Source: Chrysomallon squamiferum (lineage: Eukaryota > Animalia > Mollusca). From it: a stretch of 64,000 nucleotides of DNA. The stretch lies in assembly GCA_012295275.1 (NCBI GenBank), contig CM022675.1, forward strand, positions 7,564,001 through 7,628,000. The letters are read 5' to 3'. The notes under the pieces were generated by a model. It was not told where the DNA came from. It saw only the letters and a list, made by a program, of their open reading frames with translations, and searched no databases. The translations under genes and the position numbers were made by a program. Shown here piece by piece: positions 56,707 to 64,000 of this stretch (the stretch's first letter is position 1; every line of letters starts with the position of its first letter).

Positions 56707-57929
56707 TTACTGGAATTAAACTTTACATTTTAATAATAATTTCTAATTATTATTTTTATTATTTCGGTTATTATAATTTTTAATTATCTAAAAAAATATC
56801 TTAATTTTCATGTATTATTATGTATTTATAGGATTTTGATTGGAATTTGATATTTAATTTATATTTTAATTATTAATTGGTTATATTTTAAAATATTTTC
56901 TAATTATTCATTTTATTATTATTATTATTATTTTTTTTTGTAATTTATTTACTATTATTATTATTATTATTAAAAATAGAAAGTATTAATCACACACACA
57001 GACACACACACACACTCACACGCACACTTACACATCTGACTTGTTTCTTTATTACAAAATATACGTTAATAATAACTTACTATTTTATTAGTTTTTATTT
57101 TGATTGTTTTCAGTTCAGTGTCACAAGAAATGTAAAAATGGCGGAACGTGCAGTGGACCTAACAGATGTTCTTGTCTGGCAGGATTCTACGGCAGACGTT
57201 GTCAGAAAGGTAATTTAAAAATGAATACTCAGTTACAACAACGACAACAACAGCAACAACAACTACTACTACCACTACTACTACTACATCTACTACTACC
57301 ACTACCACTACTACCACCACTACTACTACTACATCTACTACTACTACTACTACCACTACTACTATTACTACAATTACTACTAGTGCTACTTATACTAAAT
57401 ACTATTCATGCTGCTGCTGGTAATACTATTATTAATAGTACTTATAATAACAAAATCATAATACTAGTATTAGTAGTAGTAGTAGTCTTAGTAGAACTAG
57501 TAGTATTTGTGGTAGTAAAATAATATAAATGATGATGATGATAATTATGATTACTACTACTACTACAACAACTACTACTACTACTACTACAACAACTACT
57601 ACTACAACAACTACTACTACTACTACTACTACAATAAAATAAATATTTAAATTATTAATATTTATGTTGGAAAAAAAGCTACAGTACCTTTAATTCAGTA
57701 ACAAAATTATAACATAAATAAAATGACAATGTTTTCTTTTGTAGTGAAATGTACAATTACGTGTTTGAACGGAGGCAAATGCAAACGTAAAAACCAGTGC
57801 AGATGTCCTCCAGGGTTCAAAGGTCGCCGTTGTGAACTAAGGTCAGTTGATTACGTCATATATATTATCCTTAATGGGATTAGTTTTACTCTTTACAGCC
57901 GTGAATAAGTAAATAACTAAAAAAATAAA

Positions 57930-57989
<60 letters not shown>

Positions 57990-58033
57990 GCATGGGAATG
58001 ATTTAGTCGCATAACAATAACAATAACAGAAAC

Positions 58034-58069
<36 letters not shown>

Positions 58070-58106
58070 TTAGAAATGGCTTACAGTGCAGAACGTACTT
58101 TTTAAT

Positions 58107-58149
<43 letters not shown>

Positions 58150-58387
58150 TTTGTTTTTTGTTTATTACAGGACGTGTAAATACGAAAAATATTCGGTTCC
58201 GTTTACGATGACGTATAAACGTATAGTCAGAGAAGAGTACGTTTCTAGGTGTGGTCCTTGGAGATGGAAAACGTGCGTTAAAACTCGGTAAGTTACTAAA
58301 TATTATTTATTTTTGACTTAGTGAAAACCAAAACTGTAATAATATAAAATTATATGATTTAGGATTCGGAACTGCTACATTAACTGT

Positions 58388-58485
<98 letters not shown>

Positions 58486-58740
58486 ATTATTTTTTATTTT
58501 TTCTTCCTCTCTCATTGAATATATCCAAGTTTGGTTTTTATAGGTTACTTATATTTGATCATCTGTACAATATTTTAACTACTCTATTAATAATTAAAAT
58601 TATTATGTTTTCATATAAACATTTTAAAATTTAATTATTTCATCATTTTGTTATTAATATTATTATTTCTTTTTTTTTTAAGGCTGAAATACGTTACCAT
58701 CGCCAGGGAAACGCAGAGAACAGCCTACCGATGTGTTTAA
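42214..58740 (+). CDS. secreted mosaic protein: SP-NtA-TSP1-TSPN(LamG)-TSP1-8xEGF-EMI-like, ~834 aa; two apparent 1-bp frameshifts
   Basis: Exons 42214-42696, 52338-52487, 52850-53352, 53780-54035, 54283-54459, 54800-54889, 55088-55183, 55475-55568, 55884-55979, 56251-56346, 56538-56633, 57114-57209, 57745-57841, 58171-58287, 58683-58740. All are GT-AG and phase-compatible after correcting -1 nt at ~42615-42618 and +1 nt at ~55482-55483. Domains were recognised by motif. Confidence 0.85.
52338..52487 (+). CDS. exon 2: TSP1 repeat
   Basis: [26 protein letters not shown]...C...RKCNVFSCK; tttcag/gtaaac; 150 nt, phase 1-1. Confidence 0.95.
52850..53352 (+). CDS. exon 3: TSPN / laminin-G-like domain
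   Basis: [34 protein letters not shown]; ttctag/gtaagc. Confidence 0.93.
53780..54035 (+). CDS. exon 4: end of TSPN ([19 protein letters not shown]) + charged/Thr-rich linker
   Basis: acacag/gtttgt; open frame; 256 nt. Confidence 0.9.
54283..54459 (+). CDS. exon 5: TSP1 repeat
   Basis: [22 protein letters not shown]...C...[11 protein letters not shown]; ttgcag/gtgcat. Confidence 0.92.
54800..57841 (+). CDS. exons 6-13: eight single-exon EGF-like repeats (~32 aa, CxxxCxNGGxC type)
   Basis: 54800-54889, 55088-55183, 55475-55568, 55884-55979, 56251-56346, 56538-56633, 57114-57209, 57745-57841; each has six Cys and phase-1 introns lie between them. Confidence 0.93.
58171..58740 (+). CDS. exons 14-15: C-terminal EMI-like domain
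   Basis: 58171-58287 + 58683-58740 encode [58 protein letters not shown]; Cys/Tyr/Trp/Arg spacing resembles MEGF10/EGFL7-type EMI. Confidence 0.75.
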
Positions 58741-58963
58741 TGACGTCATTTGTGCTATGACGTCATCGGATAAAAAAATAGCCAAAGAACGCTACTTTGT
58801 TACCTCATAATTGTTTTTAATATTAAACCCAAATCGTCTTTCACAAGTTATGGTTTATTGCTTTTTGTTTTGTCAGTCATTTTACAAGCTACTTTTTGAA
58901 CATATTATTATTTAGTGTTTTTTGTAACACGTTCTGTTTATTTGTTTCTGTTACATAATTTTA

Positions 58964-59012
58964 AATAAATTATTTATTTTGTTACCAAAAATAAACGAGT
59001 TGTGTTTTCTTT
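58964..59012 (+). terminator. candidate polyadenylation signals of the mosaic gene
   Basis: AATAAA at 58964 and 58990, followed by a GU-rich tract; weak evidence in AT-rich DNA. Confidence 0.3.
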
Positions 59013-60112
59013 GATTACTGTTGCTGCTATGTTTCCTACACGTCAACAACAACGTCAACAACAACTACTACTATTACTGCTATTGTTCTGTCACCACTAC
59101 CAATACTGTTATTACTGCTTCAGCTGCTGCTACTACCTCTACTACTACCACTGCCAACACCATCACTTCTACAACTACTACTACTTCTAGCATTTATACT
59201 TCCGCGAAGCTACTACAACATCATAACCATAACTACTACTACTATCACTACATATTCTACAGTAATATCTGCTACTACATCTTTTATTATGCATACTATT
59301 TTTTACAACTATAACTATTATTATTACTATTTCTTATACAAACGTATTACTAATAGAACTGCTGCAACTACTGTTATCAGTATTAGTATTAGTATTGCTG
59401 TTATGTACTATTGCTAATATTGCTACTACTAGTATTATTTATATACAGCTGCTATTTTTACTACTGCCTCTACTTAAAATAAAGGACTACTACTACTATT
59501 TGTTAAAAACAAACAACAACTACTATAAATAAAAATAAAATAAATAAAATAATAAATAAACTAAACGTAAATATATTATCCGAGAAAAAACTCTCCTTTA
59601 TATTGTGTCAAGGCAAAAATAAGTTGATACACTATTTTCAGTAGTAGGCTAATTATATTCAAGGTATGTAGGTCAGAGTTCGCTAGTTGACTCAGGCTTG
59701 ATAGCTGGGACCGTTTTCAGGTTTAAGATACTATTATCTAAACTGCTATTACAGTTTAATCATTCGTAGACTTTATAAATACAATAAAATAAAAGTAATA
59801 ATAATATAAATAATTCTATCAGTCCCTCACATTATATATATATGTACAGTGTAAAAAATAAAAAATAAATAAAAATAAAAATAAAAAAAGAATGAAAGAA
59901 AGAAAAAAATAAACAAAAATAACCCGAAACACACCCCTCTGAATTACAACCCAGCATCTTAAAACCAGATAAATATAAACTAATGAAAAGAGAGAAAAGT
60001 AGATATATAAAGAGATAGGAAGATAGATATCTAACTAATGGATGAAAAAATATATATATATAATTTTAATAATGAATAAAAAATTACAACAATAGTAGTA
60101 GTAATAGTAGTA

Positions 60113-60176
<64 letters not shown>

Positions 60177-60269
60177 AAGTAAAATAAATAAAGCAAACAC
60201 CAGCATCGAAATCTTTAAACGTAAAATATCCAGTAAAGCAAAACTAGTTTTCAAGATAATAGCATTTAC

Positions 60270-60363
60270 TTTGAAACAGGTGTCTTCGTTTTGATGCGCG
60301 ACAAACTAGGAGAACTTACTTAAAATCAAAACATTCGGCGTCATTCGGGTTTTTGAGCAAGAG
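60270..60363 (+). other. probable 5' UTR exon of the CD225 gene (start approximate)
   Basis: Strong donor GAG/gtaagt at 60363/60364; the coding exon has an acceptor (gcacag) at 61273, just before the ATG. Confidence 0.4.
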
Positions 60364-61287
60364 GTAAGTTTGTTAATATTGTAAAGTATATGACAAATAT
60401 TTTATAGTGAAATCTACTGTCTTATAATACATTGGATTAATCCATCACACCTGTGCAGGTAAAAATTGTCATACAGGATAGTTTGACAAAATTAGAGCGC
60501 CGCCATTTTATGTTTACTTAAATGGACGGAAGAAGAACAAATCTAATAAAATATCGATATAATTTTAGAAATTAAAATACGACAGTTTATTTAAGAATAA
60601 ACTGTAACTTATTTGCATTAAATAATGTTAATGTTCTGATTAAATGCGATTTCAGAACAATTTTAATGTAAAGAATGAGTAATTTTCCATACGTCACAGG
60701 CAATAAAATAATAAATCTTACGATTTATAGTAGTTTTTAAAAAAGCACAGTTATGATCGTGCATGAAATCGCACATTGATACACAAGGCTACTTCGCTAT
60801 AATTAATTAACAGGGGTTATAACCACAAAAACAATGAATAAGGAAAATAAAGATTATCATTACTGAGAATAAATGTAACTTTATAAGTAATTATTTTTTA
60901 AAAAAGAATGAGTGTCGTTGTATCATTTTAATTGATATTAATGTTAAAACTGTATTAAATATGTTCAAATAAGATTGTGTGCATGCAAAGATTTTAACAT
61001 GATATCTAAAATATTTATATGCAATATATACTGATATTCATCTGCAATATTGTGTTCAATATACATGTATTTTACATGTTAAATATCTTAATTCTTATAT
61101 TTAATATATTGTAAAGTTTGTGAAATTTAATATTTATTTTCAATATATTCTAATACTTGGTTCTTTATTATATTTATAAATTTTCAGTATTCATTCATTC
61201 ATTCATTCATTCATTTTTTTTTTTTAATATATTTTAATTTATATTAACACATTTTAATCATCTATTTGCACAGTCAGTCCGTCAAGT

Positions 61288-62169
<882 letters not shown>

Positions 62170-63787
62170 AACTGGTGACGGAAGACACTGGAATGAAGTG
62201 ATTTTTGTGTTTTGACAAAAACTGGAATATCATTGTATAACGTGAAACATTTTGATGCTAGTTCGTGAAGGAATAATGAAATAAGTTTGATGTGTGGGAG
62301 GAAAAGATCTTTGGTGGTCTGTTTAGAAAAATAAAGAATAAAACCTCAGAAGTTTCCTTAAAGAAAAAAGAAAAGCAAAAAAGATATCCAGATGAAAAAT
62401 CTTCAAAGCCATTTAATGGAAAAGTTTTTGTTACTTGTACATATTCAAATATATCTCATGAAATATAAGGGAAAAAGCTTTGTTATATATTATTAATGTC
62501 ATTAAAAACCAAAAAACATGATAAAACAGTTTTTTTTATATAATCATACTGTCATCATTTTTAATATTTTTCAAAGAGAAATGATGTAGATCTATACATT
62601 TATTATTTTGTATGTATATATAGTTATAATATACATATATAAACGATCTTGAAGTGAATAGTTCATTCATTTTTAAGATTTAAACAATGAAGTAAATTTA
62701 ATTTGGCAAAACTTTCTATCTTTGTTTATTTATTATTAGTATTTTACATATCATTCTTAGATGACATTAGAGAAAATGAACAATTTTGATAAACTAAATT
62801 TATGCAAAATATTTCTTTGCCTCATAGTTCATGATTGTGATTTAATCAAAAATTTACCATCATATTTATAAAGTGCAACTAATAAGGAAAATTAAGAATT
62901 CAAATTTTGTTTTTCCGATTATTAAAGGAATATGTACCCCTTTGAATTTGTATATTTTGTTTGGGATGAAAAAGAAATTGAGTTTTTCCTTATTTGTTTT
63001 GTGTATGTATACATATAAACATATAAATACATATACATGCACACATACAAAAATAAACTTAAAAGCATTCCATAATTCAACCTGTGAAATCAATTTGTAA
63101 TTTACATTGATGTTGCTATATATAATCATCCATATTATTTGATTAAAAAGTTTTTCATTCTAGTTACACTATTTTCATTACTTTTACATAAAATAATTAT
63201 AATTTGCATTAATGTGTTGTTGTAATTAATCTTAATTTCTAAAAGGCCAAGACTAATCTTTTCATTCCAGATTTAAATGTTTATTCATTTCAGTTATCAT
63301 GTGATGGAATAAAAGATAAAAAAAATTAGGTTTATAATTTGTATTCCTTATTATTATTATTATTATTATTAATTTTTTAATTATTATTATTGCTGATGCT
63401 ACAACTACTACTATCATTATTATTATTATTATTTTTGTTCTTGTTACTGCTTCTACTAATATTAATACTATTGCCATTTTTATCATTACTTTTATGCATT
63501 CTTTTTCAGAAAACCTTTTTTAACTTTCCAGATTTAAGACATAAATATTTTATACGCAGCATTCTAAGAACTTATTATTAATAGTCATCAAATTTGAAAT
63601 TTTTTTAAATTGTGATTGATAAATTTTTATATATGTATATTTTTAATAGATTCATAATAAATGAATTTTTACATAAATATGTAATTGTGTTTTATTTATT
63701 TATTAGTATTAATGTCAAAAATGGAATGTATTTGGAAACATGAATGTTGAAACGTGCATCATGACTATTACTATCATCAAAATTATT

Positions 63788-63871
<84 letters not shown>

Positions 63872-64000
63872 TTCAAGATTCAGTTTCTAACATTCATAAT
63901 TAATTCAAGACAAAATGTCTTCCATTGGGAGTGTGCAGACATTGAAAGAAAACAAACGCTTATTTTAACAATTAAATTTCAAAACGTTGCATTTACGTTT

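Noticed and set aside
42214-58740. Calling the gene agrin, WIF1/shifted, NELL or a collagen
   Set aside because: No Kazal, SEA or C-terminal LamG domains, no WIF domain, no vWC repeats and no Gly-X-Y.

Overview
Very AT-rich, microsatellite-saturated animal genomic DNA with GT-AG introns. It is probably an invertebrate, perhaps a lophotrochozoan such as a mollusc, but that is inference from composition only. No prokaryotic features, CRISPR arrays, tRNA/rRNA genes or intact transposase ORFs were seen, and most ORFs in the supplied track are simple-repeat artefacts. Three + strand genes were rebuilt by hand with consistent splice phases. (1) The 3' ~760 codons of CLASP (Orbit/Mast), 20 core exons at 851-27471, with candidate cassette exons, a GCATG (Rbfox-type) motif cluster, minisatellite-filled introns and a 94-bp duplication of an exon end plus its splice donor. 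(2) A 15-exon, ~834-aa secreted mosaic protein at 42214-58740: signal peptide, agrin-type NtA, TSP1, TSPN/LamG, linker, TSP1, 8 EGF repeats and a C-terminal EMI-like module. I cannot match this order to a characterised protein. It carries two 1-bp frameshifts (assembly errors or recent inactivation). (3) A 166-aa atypical CD225/dispanin membrane protein at 61288-62169. A switch from CpG-poor to CpG-rich sequence near 32.4 kb suggests a mosaic methylation boundary.
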